Shown here: one piece after another, positions 1 through 8,612 of the stretch | Position numbering within the stretch: position 1 is the stretch's first letter | Layout of the letters: each line of letters begins with the position of its first letter | Assembly: GCA_043820675.1 (NCBI GenBank) | Contig: JBDRDM010000006.1 | Coordinates: 1 to 38,378 of the forward strand | Reading direction: 5' to 3' | DNA from: Candidatus Micrarchaeota archaeon | GTDB lineage: Archaea; Micrarchaeota; Micrarchaeia; Norongarragalinales; SBBD01 | Length of the DNA: 38,378 nucleotides | The notes under the pieces: generated by a model | Database searches by the model: none | What the model saw: the letters and a program-made list of their open reading frames with translations, nothing else | Told to the model about the DNA's origin: nothing | Position numbers and translations under genes: made by a program

Positions 1-814
1 GCTTCCCCGGAAGAAGGGGGGGATAAACCGTGAAAAACTCAAAGATGCCCCCGTCCTTGAAATAAAAGCGGCCCCAGTTCCATGGAATGAAGGGAGATGT
101 GAGGATGACCTTTTGCACATAGCATTTTCCGGAAATCGGCCGCCCCAGCAAGGTGCCCTCAAAATCGAAATACAGGTTGGCAAGGCCCATCCCGATAGTC
201 GGGGAAAAGGAATTTAGTATTTCAAAGGGTTTGCCCTTGGGCGATTTGGTGAGTTTAAGATGGATTTGATGTTTGCCCCTCCTATAATCCAGCTCGTATT
301 TGGGGTATTTGCCATGGAAATCAAATTCCGCTTCTTTCGAGGAAAAGCCAAGCGAATTCTGCACGCTGCCTTTTTCCAGCCGGATGTGCTGCCTTGAATT
401 TAGCAGCACCTTTTTTTTGCTATCAAAAACCCAGATCACGGCAGCGCATTCCATCCCAAGCTCATCCACCCTGCCCTTTATCCGGAGCCGGTTGATATCC
501 ATCTCTGATTGCGCCCTGCCAAATGTCGCAACCATTTGCGTTTTTGTCTTGGGGTCGGTGAAATGCAAAAACCAGTATTCCTTCCCGAGGGGAGGAAGAG
601 CTGCGAAATCGAAGAAGAACTCATCTGCCGCAAAATATTTCTCAAAGCCCATATATTCTGAAAGGCGGGAAAAATTGCGCTCCAGAAGGTAGATGGCACG
701 CTTGGATGTGCTTTTCTGGAAGGAATCGATCCTCATCAGCTGCCTTTTTGAATAGGCAACGGACCTATCCATTTTCTTTTTTATTTCTTTGAAAGAGACC
801 GGAAGGAAGCGCAT
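1..814 (-). CDS. hypothetical protein, N-terminal part (the ORF runs off the left edge of the window)
   Basis: Manual reverse-strand translation from the ATG at 814-812 gives MRFLPVSFKEIKKKMDRSVAYSKRQ...KEYWFLHFTDPKTK...NLYFDFEGTLLGRPISGKCYVQKV...FFTVYPPLLPGK. It stays open down to position 2. It is absent from the ORF track because it has no stop codon in the window. Track ORFs 300..692(+) and 478..699(-) lie inside it and look like shadow frames. No family recognised. Confidence 0.5.
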   Translation of the reverse strand, partial: MRFLPVSFKEIKKKMDRSVAYSKRQLMRIDSFQKSTSKRAIYLLERNFSRLSEYMGFEKYFAADEFFFDFAALPPLGKEYWFLHFTDPKTKTQMVATFGRAQSEMDINRLRIKGRVDELGMECAAVIWVFDSKKKVLLNSRQHIRLEKGSVQNSLGFSSKEAEFDFHGKYPKYELDYRRGKHQIHLKLTKSPKGKPFEILNSFSPTIGMGLANLYFDFEGTLLGRPISGKCYVQKVILTSPFIPWNWGRFYFKDGGIFEFFTVYPPLLPGK

Positions 815-936
815 ATTAAGATCCCGCCCCAAAAATAACCTTGTTTAATTTATTGGAAGGAATAACTGATTTATAATATTGGATGTTTTCAATAGGATTG
901 AAATAGCCCGATCGGGGCCGCTTAATTAAAGGGGGA

Positions 937-1893
937 ATGAAGATTATGACGAGCATAACATTGGGGGTTTTCGGGGAAGATATTGAAAAACGCAGGCAAA
1001 TAGCATCCGGCCTTGCAAAAAAGGGAAGCGAAGAGGACATTACGCAATACCAAACGGTCTATTCGGGGAAAATTATCACCGTCATCGAGCCATCGAAATA
1101 CCCGGAAAAGGTATTGACTTTAGCTTATTGCGCATATCTTAGCGATTATTGCATTATCGCGGGGGAAGAGCTCACACCCCGTCTTGGCGAAATAATTGTG
1201 ACGCTCGATCTGCTTGGGAAAACCCGGGGGTGCTTTATCACCAACCTGGACCTTGCTGCGCTTGTAAAAGGAACTTCCCTGGAAAAATTCGAGGTGTTCA
1301 GCTCGTTCGATGAGGCGAAGGGAAAAATCCTGGCCGCAGGCAGGGAAGGGGCAGAATCAACAGATATATTCGCATCGGTGGACCATTCCTTCGAGGTGAA
1401 GGGCGTGGGTTCCATACTCCTTGGCTTTTTGCATTCCGGCAAAATCCTTGTTCACGACAAATTGGTCGTGCACCCATCGGGGAAGGAACTGGAGGTGCGC
1501 AGCATCCAGATGCACGACCAGGACGTGAAGGAGACAAGTGCGGGCGACAGGTTCGGGCTTGCCATAAAACTGCTGGCAAGCAAGGACGTTGATCGGGGGG
1601 ATATGCTGGCTGGCAAGGAGACCACAATAAAAAATGCAAAGGAGCATTCGGTAAAAGCCACAATAAGCAAATTCGCCAGAGAACCGCTGCGGGATAATGA
1701 GCAAGTCCATGCAATACATTTCCTGGAGGATGCGCCATGCAGGTGGGATGGGAAGGATGTTTCGGGAGGCAACGAAATTACCGGCAAGCTTATTTTCGAC
1801 AAACCATTTTCCATAAGGCCGGATTTCCCGGTACTGATCGTTAGGTTGGACGCAAAGGGGCTTAGGGTCATCGGGAAAGCGGTTATTCTTTGA
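937..1893 (+). CDS. EF-Tu/SelB-like translation-factor paralog with a degenerate, probably inactive, G domain
   Basis: 318 aa. The central segment FEVKGVGSILLGFLHSGKILVHDKLVVHPSGKELEVRSIQMHDQDVKETSAGDRFGLAIK...DVDRGDML fits the EF-Tu domain-2 beta-barrel pattern. The N-terminal ~140 aa sit where a G domain would be, but the P-loop position reads GVFGEDIEKRRQ instead of GHVDHGK[ST], and no DxxG motif is seen. Confidence 0.6.
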   Translation: MKIMTSITLGVFGEDIEKRRQIASGLAKKGSEEDITQYQTVYSGKIITVIEPSKYPEKVLTLAYCAYLSDYCIIAGEELTPRLGEIIVTLDLLGKTRGCFITNLDLAALVKGTSLEKFEVFSSFDEAKGKILAAGREGAESTDIFASVDHSFEVKGVGSILLGFLHSGKILVHDKLVVHPSGKELEVRSIQMHDQDVKETSAGDRFGLAIKLLASKDVDRGDMLAGKETTIKNAKEHSVKATISKFAREPLRDNEQVHAIHFLEDAPCRWDGKDVSGGNEITGKLIFDKPFSIRPDFPVLIVRLDAKGLRVIGKAVIL

Positions 1894-2042
1894 ATTTTAA
1901 AAAAGGCCTAAAGGAATTTCAGAAGCAGCACGCCCACCAAGCGCCAATCCATAGTACAAAATAAGACCCCCATTGTACCAAATGAACCCTGCTTTTTGAA
2001 GGCCAATCCGGCTTAACCATTACCCAATGTTTATATTTTTGA

Positions 2043-2861
2043 ATGGGCGGAATTAGAGAGATGGTAAAAATGAAGCAAAGCAGACCCGACTGCCTCTTCA
2101 TTTCAGGCATCTTCATTTTGGGCCTTTTGATAGGCCTTTTGCTCTACCAGAATGTATTCCCGCCGACAATAGTAGAAAGGGTATACTCGGAAGGTGACAA
2201 CGGCACAATAACCGTGACCAACAGGCCGCTTTCATTCACCGAAATATATAATTCCAGAATTCCCGTCTTAGCGGTAAAGAGCGATGACAATACCGGAATT
2301 GTCAGCTATGCAAATATCGAAATTCGCAGCGGAAAGGGGCGCGTTTTAATAAACACGAATCCTTTCGTGGAACCGGATACGCAATATTCCGCCGAAACAG
2401 CCGTAAAGGTCGCCCAAAGGCTTCTCGGGGTTGACCTTTCAGATAGGGACATCATATTGACATTTGAAGCGAACACCACGCTCGTGGGAGGTCCGTCTGC
2501 CGGAGGGGCAATCACACTTGCAGCCCTTGCCGCAATCCAGAATAAGAAGCCGGATGAAAGCGTGGCAATGACCGGGACCATCGAGGAGGATGGCAGCATC
2601 GGGCAGGTGGGGGGCGTTTTGGAGAAGGCGCAAGCGGCTGCGGATAACGGAATAAAAACTTTTTTGGTGCCAAAGGGCTCGGCTATTCTCGTGTATTATG
2701 AAAGGCAGGTTAGGGAGAGGCGGTTTGGGGGCTTTGTCATACAGGAAGTTAATTATGTGCGCAAAACGCTTGATTTGGCCAACTATTCGATGGACAAGTG
2801 GGGGATGGAAATCCGCGAGGTATCCGATATAAGCGAAGCCCGGGAATATTTTGGAATCTGA
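2043..2861 (+). CDS. membrane-anchored Lon-type S16 serine peptidase domain protein with no AAA+ module
   Basis: 272 aa. An N-terminal hydrophobic helix (CLFISGIFILGLLIGLLLY) is followed by the Lon proteolytic-domain signature GGPSAGGAITLAALAAIQNKK...MTGTIEEDGSIGQVGGVLEKAQAAADNGIKTFLVPKG, which carries the Ser-Lys dyad context. Alternative starts lie at 2061 and 2070. Confidence 0.75.
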   Translation: MGGIREMVKMKQSRPDCLFISGIFILGLLIGLLLYQNVFPPTIVERVYSEGDNGTITVTNRPLSFTEIYNSRIPVLAVKSDDNTGIVSYANIEIRSGKGRVLINTNPFVEPDTQYSAETAVKVAQRLLGVDLSDRDIILTFEANTTLVGGPSAGGAITLAALAAIQNKKPDESVAMTGTIEEDGSIGQVGGVLEKAQAAADNGIKTFLVPKGSAILVYYERQVRERRFGGFVIQEVNYVRKTLDLANYSMDKWGMEIREVSDISEAREYFGI

Positions 2862-2864
2862 TAT

Positions 2865-3122
2865 TCAAATGATTTTCTCGCCGGTGTCCTTGTTGGTGAT
2901 GTGGATCACCTTGACCGGGCAGCCATCCGCGGCCATCTTCATGCTCTCATAATCCGGCTCATCAATTTCCTTGGAATAGAATTCGCCCTTATCGCTCTTT
3001 ACGGAATCAGCCAGATCCACTTTCCCGTCATCGGCCATCTTCCAATGCTTGGGGCATACTGCTTCGCATACGGCAGCGCCTATGCAGCCGTCACGGTCAA
3101 GCTCTATTGCATATTTTGGCAT
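2865..3122 (-). CDS. small single-cluster ferredoxin
   Basis: 85 aa. The motif CIGAAVCEAVCP plus a distal GCPV resembles Pyrococcus-type monocluster ferredoxins (CxxDxxC...CP). The second ligand position is Ala here. Confidence 0.7.
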   Translation of the reverse strand: MPKYAIELDRDGCIGAAVCEAVCPKHWKMADDGKVDLADSVKSDKGEFYSKEIDEPDYESMKMAADGCPVKVIHITNKDTGEKII

Positions 3123-3240
3123 CGTAATTCACCTGCAAAGTGATTGGGTGTTCCATTTATGCAATCACGTTTATTAAGTCTTTCCCCGGGTAGCGGATTA
3201 TTTTTATACCTGAACGCATTCATTCAAGAAGGTAATTATC

Positions 3241-4482
3241 ATGGGGCGGATGTTTTTCATATTGGTCTTTTGCACATTGATCCTATTCGGCTGCTTAAAA
3301 ATCGAATCGAAGGGCGATGCGCCTTCCCCTAGCCCCGAAATAATCTACGTCAATGTCACATCCAGCCCGCAGGTGATCGTGACGGTTCAGGTAACCTATG
3401 TGCCAACCGTAACGGAAAAGATTGTGCGGCCTTCGGTGACAACGGTCCCCATTCTCAAGCCAATGGGCGGAATTGAGGAACTGGGCATAAGGAAGGAATA
3501 TGTGGCCTTCGACATTTCCAAGGCGGCCAATGCGGACTACGGCCACAATCCATTCCAATTGATGAATTCCATCGGCGATAACCTTTACCCGGATTTGTTG
3601 GGAGGGGAATTGATGCTTGATGAGATTCCATACAAGATACTGCCCCCGTATTCATCCAGCGGGAAATGGAACGTCATAACAACTGCAAGCGGGGAATTCT
3701 TTTCCGCCAATTTCCTTGCGGGAAGGGAGCGGTTATCTGAAATCAGGCTTCTGTCCATGGGAAGCTTCAATCAGGGGGAGCGGAAGACGCTTGCGGAAAT
3801 CTGGGTAAATTATGCCAACGGCGAAATCCAAAAGGAGAGGGCAATTTCCAACGAGAATGTCTGGAATTACGGCGGCGATCCGAATTTCCCAATCCCAGCT
3901 AGCGTTCCGAAATGGCAATCCGATCCTAAAAGCACCCAGGAACTTACCGCAATTAAAATACCCATCCTGCGGCCTCTTGACCCTCTTGGGGGGATAACCA
4001 TAAAGAAAATCGGGGCCAACGATGAAGGATTCACGGTCTTTGCGGCAACCGGAATCAAGAAATTCCAATCTAAGCTCATCACGCAAACGCAAACAGAGTT
4101 CCAGGAAAGCGAATATGACCGGGAATTTTCAACAACGCTGCCGGAGGGCGCCATGATCAATTATGCCGTTGAATTGGGAAAGCGGGCTTACAGGCCCAAA
4201 GGCACATTTACCTCCCCGATGTTCGATGGCGAAACGGAACTTGCCGATTGGAAGAGGATCGAATGGGATGCGGATATTCCAGCCGGTACGGGCACAAAGT
4301 TATTTGTCAGGACGGGAGCAGAAAGCAACGGCCTTTTCTCTGAGTGGATGGAAATTGCAAACGGCGATGACATACCGCAGGATGCAAGGTTCCTCCAATG
4401 GAAGGCCGAATTCGAAACCTCCGATTCCTCAATAACCCCTCTCCTTAGGGAGATGCGCATCCTTTACGAGAATCCCGCCTGA
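3241..4482 (+). CDS. secreted or lipid-anchored hypothetical protein (lipobox-like signal, Thr/Val/Pro linker, C-terminal beta-sandwich-like module)
   Basis: 413 aa. The N-terminus MGRMFFILVFCTLILFGCLK resembles a signal peptide with a lipobox Cys, followed by a PSPSPE...VTVQVTYVPTVTE linker. The C-terminal pattern GTFTSPMFDG...WKRIEWDADIPAGTGTKLFVRTG...ARFLQWKAEFETSDSSITPLLREMRILY is typical of surface-protein beta-sandwich modules. Confidence 0.6.
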   Translation: MGRMFFILVFCTLILFGCLKIESKGDAPSPSPEIIYVNVTSSPQVIVTVQVTYVPTVTEKIVRPSVTTVPILKPMGGIEELGIRKEYVAFDISKAANADYGHNPFQLMNSIGDNLYPDLLGGELMLDEIPYKILPPYSSSGKWNVITTASGEFFSANFLAGRERLSEIRLLSMGSFNQGERKTLAEIWVNYANGEIQKERAISNENVWNYGGDPNFPIPASVPKWQSDPKSTQELTAIKIPILRPLDPLGGITIKKIGANDEGFTVFAATGIKKFQSKLITQTQTEFQESEYDREFSTTLPEGAMINYAVELGKRAYRPKGTFTSPMFDGETELADWKRIEWDADIPAGTGTKLFVRTGAESNGLFSEWMEIANGDDIPQDARFLQWKAEFETSDSSITPLLREMRILYENPA

Positions 4483-4570
4483 TTTTTAGGGCCGCCTAAC
4501 ATAAACCAAACCTATTTATACCGCGAATAGTTATACTGTTTAAGAAATTATTTAATATGGGGGATGCAAT

Positions 4571-5239
4571 ATGAAAACAATTATGGTTGCGATAGTCGGC
4601 GAGGATGGGGATGCACCTGATGTGCTCTACCGGGGCCTTAGGGAATTCAGCTCCGAAAAGGTGGTGCTGCTTTCGGAGAAGGGGCATTCGGGGAAGGCCG
4701 AAGCCATAAGGCGCGAACTTGAGAGGATGAAAATACCCGTAGTGATCGAATCCCTCCTAAACCGGACTTCAATGGAGGAGGTCTTCGGGAGGCTTGCCCG
4801 AATCAACGAAAGGGAAAACGGAAACAAGGTCATCGTGAATGTGGATACGGATTACATGTCATCATGCATTGCACTATCATCTGCTTTTGTAAATGGCGTC
4901 CAAGCAATAGGGGTGCTTCATGACAAAATAATTGCCTATCCGATAATGAAATTTTCCTACTACAACGCCCTCTCAGACAAGAAGATGGAGGTGATCAAGA
5001 CCATTTCCAGGAAGGGGGAGTTCGAATCCCTAGAGGCAATTAGTAGGGAGCTAAAGATGAGTTTGCCTCTAGTAACCTACCATATTAGGGGATCGCGCGA
5101 CAAGCCCGGGCTTGAAGAGCTGGGGCTTGTCAATACGCGAAGAAACAGGGGGAAAATAATAACGACGCTATCCCCGCTCGGAAAACTTATCGTGAACGGC
5201 CTCGTCGAGGTAAAGAAGGACGAACGGAAAAGGAAGTAA
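4571..5239 (+). CDS. putative transcriptional regulator: Csa3/CARF-like (DUF6293-like) Rossmann N-domain plus C-terminal winged HTH
   Basis: 222 aa. The N-terminal alternation MVAIVGEDGD...EKVVLLSEKG...KIPVVIESL...KVIVNVDTDYMSSCIALSSAF matches the beta-alpha pattern of Csa3/HFX_2341-type sensor domains. The C-terminal segment EVIKTISRKGEFESLEAISRELKMSLPLVTYHIRG...LGLV looks like a wHTH. The fold assignment comes from pattern recognition only. Confidence 0.5.
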   Translation: MKTIMVAIVGEDGDAPDVLYRGLREFSSEKVVLLSEKGHSGKAEAIRRELERMKIPVVIESLLNRTSMEEVFGRLARINERENGNKVIVNVDTDYMSSCIALSSAFVNGVQAIGVLHDKIIAYPIMKFSYYNALSDKKMEVIKTISRKGEFESLEAISRELKMSLPLVTYHIRGSRDKPGLEELGLVNTRRNRGKIITTLSPLGKLIVNGLVEVKKDERKRK

Positions 5240-6101
5240 TGGATCTGAGGGGGTGGGTCCGCTCCAATTGCGCGAGCTCATCGGGGCCCAATTTTTGGGC
5301 AAGGATTTTTTTCATGCGGCCGAACCTATCCAATAAATCGCCCTCTATTGCCGACCTTAGCACTGCAGATATCCTAGCCGATCGCCCGATACGCCCCCGG
5401 CTGTCCATATTTTTTGAGAGCGCGCTAGTAAGCAGGTCAACCCTCCCTATGCATTTTTGGTAGTATCTGGGTAATTTTTTTTGATCCATTCCCCCAACAG
5501 TAAACATATTGTCCGATTGGTCACAAATTTTTGGCAGGAGGGCATCTACACCGTGATTTAGAACTCGGCTCATGATATCGGATTCCCTTTTCCAATAATT
5601 CGGCAAGGTATCCCGATGCTCCACATTATGATAATCCGGATCGGTGGGGGGAATAATTTTTCCAGAGTGGGTGATTTTGCCTACCGACATTGCGGCTACT
5701 GCATTGGCAACCCTTTTCCCGAATTTCGCTTGCAGGAGGGAATGGCTAACATGCCCCCCCTCATATACCCCCTGTTCTATCGAATCATGAAGCAGGCCCG
5801 CGATCACCTGATTCAGATTGCCCCCATACCTGGCGACCCTGACGCCCACCCTCAGGACATGATCGACATACCTCGCGCCGTTCTCCCTTTTTTGGCCCCG
5901 ATGAACAGTATGTGCAAAATCATATGCATCGTTTAGCTTTACAAGCTCTTTTTTCGTAAGTCCCCCCGGATATTTGGCATATTGCATGTTTGAGACGATT
6001 GTACGCAAAGGTGGGGGAAAAAACTCCGATCTCATCACGTGGTGTTCAAGAAAGGTCCGGCCAGTGCTTTCCGGCTTGCGATCGCGGTTTTCCGGGCCCA
6101 T
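5187..6101 (-). CDS. HD-domain protein of the RelA/SpoT (HD_4, small alarmone hydrolase-like) type
   Basis: 304 aa. AYDFAHTVHRGQKRENGARYVDHVLRVGVRVARYGGNLNQVIAGLLHDSIEQG matches the H..Q.R..G.PY..H...V ... LLHD..E core of SpoT/Mesh1 hydrolase domains. A TATA-like AATTAAATA lies about 20-26 nt upstream of ATG 6101 on the minus strand, which suggests a leaderless transcript. The last 53 nt overlap the convergent gene 4571..5239. Confidence 0.7.
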   Translation of the reverse strand: MGPENRDRKPESTGRTFLEHHVMRSEFFPPPLRTIVSNMQYAKYPGGLTKKELVKLNDAYDFAHTVHRGQKRENGARYVDHVLRVGVRVARYGGNLNQVIAGLLHDSIEQGVYEGGHVSHSLLQAKFGKRVANAVAAMSVGKITHSGKIIPPTDPDYHNVEHRDTLPNYWKRESDIMSRVLNHGVDALLPKICDQSDNMFTVGGMDQKKLPRYYQKCIGRVDLLTSALSKNMDSRGRIGRSARISAVLRSAIEGDLLDRFGRMKKILAQKLGPDELAQLERTHPLRSITSFSVRPSLPRRGRSR

Positions 6102-6392
6102 GGTAAGATTCCGATTGGCAGGGTATTTAATTGTTGGTAAATGCTCCCTGCGGATGGCCTGCCGGGCTTAAGCAGAATGAATCCTGTAGAAATTTATTGA
6201 AGCCGATGCGCTCCCGAAGGGCACCTTGCCAACAACAAATACCTCATTCCTGTTTGGGATAGAATACGCGGAATTCCAAAAGATATCATTGGGCGGATTA
6301 GAGGACGATAACAATCCGGCATAAAAGAAAACCTTTTTCAAAGTTGCTCCCGTAAAACGGATAGTCTAATTTTAGAAAAGAGGGTGAATCTG

Positions 6393-7565
6393 ATGCAAAT
6401 CGCCGACAGAATGAAAAACCTTGGGACCGAAACCGCATTCGAAGTCCTCGCAAAGGCAAAGGCGCTTGAAGCGCAGGGGAAGAGCATCGTCCACCTGGAG
6501 ATAGGCGAACCCGATTTCGATACTCCTATGAACATCAAGGAAGCGGGAATTTCCGCGATTAGGAAAAATTTCACACACTATGGGCCCTCCGCAGGGCTCA
6601 TGGATGCGCGCAAGGCAGTTGCGGACTACTCGGGAAAAATCCGCGGAATGCAGTTTTCACCAGAGGAGGTCGTGATCGTCCCGGGGGGAAAGCCGATAAT
6701 GTTTTTTGCCATCATGGCAATTACCAACCCGGGGGATGAAATCATCTACCCAAATCCGGGATTCCCGATTTACGAAAGCATGATAAATTTCATGGGTGGG
6801 AAGGCCGTGCCGGTGCCGATCAGGGAGGAGAGGGAATTTTCACTTGATGTCAAGGAACTCGAGAGCCTCATAACCCCCAGGACAAAAATGATCATCATTA
6901 ATTCGCCCGCCAACCCCACGGGCGGAATACTGGAGCGCAAGGACCTTGAGGGAATTGCAAAACTTGCCAAGGAGCATGATTTATGGGTGCTTAGCGATGA
7001 GATATATCAGCAGATCCTTTACGACAAGGAGCACTTCAGCATCGCCTCACTCCCGGAAATGAAAGAGCGGACGATCATCCTCGATGGATTCAGCAAGGCG
7101 TATGCAATGACCGGCTGGAGGCTTGGATATGGAATAATGAACAAGAATCTCGCCCCCCACATCACACGCCTCATGACCAATTCCAATTCCTGCACTGCAA
7201 GTTTCACCCAGGTTGCAGGCATCGAAGGGCTAAATGGCCCGCAGGATTCGGTTAAGGCGATGGTAAGCGAATTTAGGGCGCGAAGGGACCTGATCGTGGA
7301 GGGCCTCAATAAAATCCCCGGCTTTTCCTGCAGGAAGCCCCACGGCGCGTTTTATGTCTTCCCAAATATCAGGAAAACAGGCATCACATCCCAGCAGATG
7401 TCGGATTACCTCCTAAATGATGCGGGCGTCGCATGCCTTCCCGGCACATCCTTTGGCAAGTTCGGTGAAGGATATTTGCGTTTTTCCTATGCGAATTCCC
7501 AGGAAAATATCAAGGAGGCATTGAAGCGCATTGATGCTGCGGTTAGGAAAATGGTAGCCAAATAA
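6393..7565 (+). CDS. aspC: class I/II PLP-dependent (aspartate-family) aminotransferase
   Basis: NSPANPTGG and the PLP-lysine motif FSKAYAMTGWRLGY are present, and the length is typical. The track starts at GTG 6384. I prefer ATG 6393 because GAGGGTGA lies 5 nt upstream. Confidence 0.9.
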   Translation: MQIADRMKNLGTETAFEVLAKAKALEAQGKSIVHLEIGEPDFDTPMNIKEAGISAIRKNFTHYGPSAGLMDARKAVADYSGKIRGMQFSPEEVVIVPGGKPIMFFAIMAITNPGDEIIYPNPGFPIYESMINFMGGKAVPVPIREEREFSLDVKELESLITPRTKMIIINSPANPTGGILERKDLEGIAKLAKEHDLWVLSDEIYQQILYDKEHFSIASLPEMKERTIILDGFSKAYAMTGWRLGYGIMNKNLAPHITRLMTNSNSCTASFTQVAGIEGLNGPQDSVKAMVSEFRARRDLIVEGLNKIPGFSCRKPHGAFYVFPNIRKTGITSQQMSDYLLNDAGVACLPGTSFGKFGEGYLRFSYANSQENIKEALKRIDAAVRKMVAK

Positions 7566-7725
7566 TGAAGAAAGGTTAAAGGAATAATTCGACTAAGGTA
7601 ACGTAGGGAATTGCATTGGGGGCCGATATTTAACGCATATTTTCCCGACTCCTTCCAGGGGACAAGTGCAATATGCCCACCATCAGCATTTTTATACCGG
7701 CAAACCGTAACCGCATCAGGTAGGC

Positions 7726-8484
7726 ATGAAGATAATTTCCAATATTGCAGCGGCTTTCCGGGCACTTTCACTGGGAGGAAAAGCAGAAGGCACCACCTAT
7801 TACTTCGACAGGAAGAAGGGGATCGTGGAATTTCGGACGGATCCTACCGTAGTTGTCAGGATGGAGCTGTTCAAGCGCTTCATCAATTCAAAGAGCTGGG
7901 GAATCGAGCTTACGGTCAGGAACAACGGCGAGAAGGACATTGACGAGCTTTTGATCGTGTTCAACAAGAAATTCTCGATAATACTGAACCGCATGAAGCC
8001 CGATTCCATGAAGATAAAATCCCTCGAGTTCAGTGGCGATGAATTCGATACAGACGGTTTCCTGGTGGAGCTTAGCATAGTGAAATCCCAGGCGAAAAAG
8101 CAAATGTCGGAGGCTTATTCGATAACAGTTCCCATGTCGAGCATAATGAAGGAGCTCAAGGAATTGGGGAAAGTGACACCCATCGATGACGAGAAAACGC
8201 CCTCGCACACGGAAGTTGGGAAGTCCATATTCACGGGATTCGAAGCTGAGTTCATTAAGCAGGCAAGCATCAAGCCCAGGATTACGGTGCCGGAAGGGAA
8301 ACAGTCGCAGACAAGGGAATCTCTCTTAAGGAAGCTTGAGGAGCTCGAGAACCAGAAAACGGAAATCACGAAAAGTTTCATGAAAAGGGAAATCGATTAT
8401 ACGACATTCTCGCAACTCATGAACCCAATTGTCCAGGAAACCATCCTGATAAAATCACAGATGAGCAAGCAGGATAGAAAATAA
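7726..8484 (+). CDS. hypothetical protein with a C-terminal coiled-coil-like segment
   Basis: 252 aa with protein-like composition. TTTTTATA at 7689-7696 lies 30 nt upstream of the ATG, suggesting a leaderless or very short-leader transcript. No family recognised. Confidence 0.6.
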   Translation: MKIISNIAAAFRALSLGGKAEGTTYYFDRKKGIVEFRTDPTVVVRMELFKRFINSKSWGIELTVRNNGEKDIDELLIVFNKKFSIILNRMKPDSMKIKSLEFSGDEFDTDGFLVELSIVKSQAKKQMSEAYSITVPMSSIMKELKELGKVTPIDDEKTPSHTEVGKSIFTGFEAEFIKQASIKPRITVPEGKQSQTRESLLRKLEELENQKTEITKSFMKREIDYTTFSQLMNPIVQETILIKSQMSKQDRK

Positions 8485-8612
8485 AGGGGGGAGCGCACCA
8501 ACTCTTTGATAAAAAAGCCCGGATTAATTAGGAGCGCAAATAGTTGAATTACGGACGGTAAGGGCTGATTGACGAAATTGAAAACCTGCCGATCCGGAGT
8601 AGCAGAACACCT

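Noticed and set aside
300-699. Track ORFs 300..692 + and 478..699 -
   Set aside because: They are nested in the longer edge-truncated minus-strand ORF 1..814, which has more protein-like composition and a sensible divergent arrangement with the next gene.
937-1893. SelB-like gene as evidence for selenocysteine decoding
   Set aside because: The G domain lacks GTP-binding motifs. No tRNA-Sec, SECIS-like element or in-frame TGA-containing gene was seen in the window.
1919-2116. 65-aa minus-strand ORF overlapping the start of the Lon-like peptidase gene
   Set aside because: It has odd composition (Trp/Cys-rich), no start signals, and overlaps the N-terminal TM-coding region of a well-supported gene.
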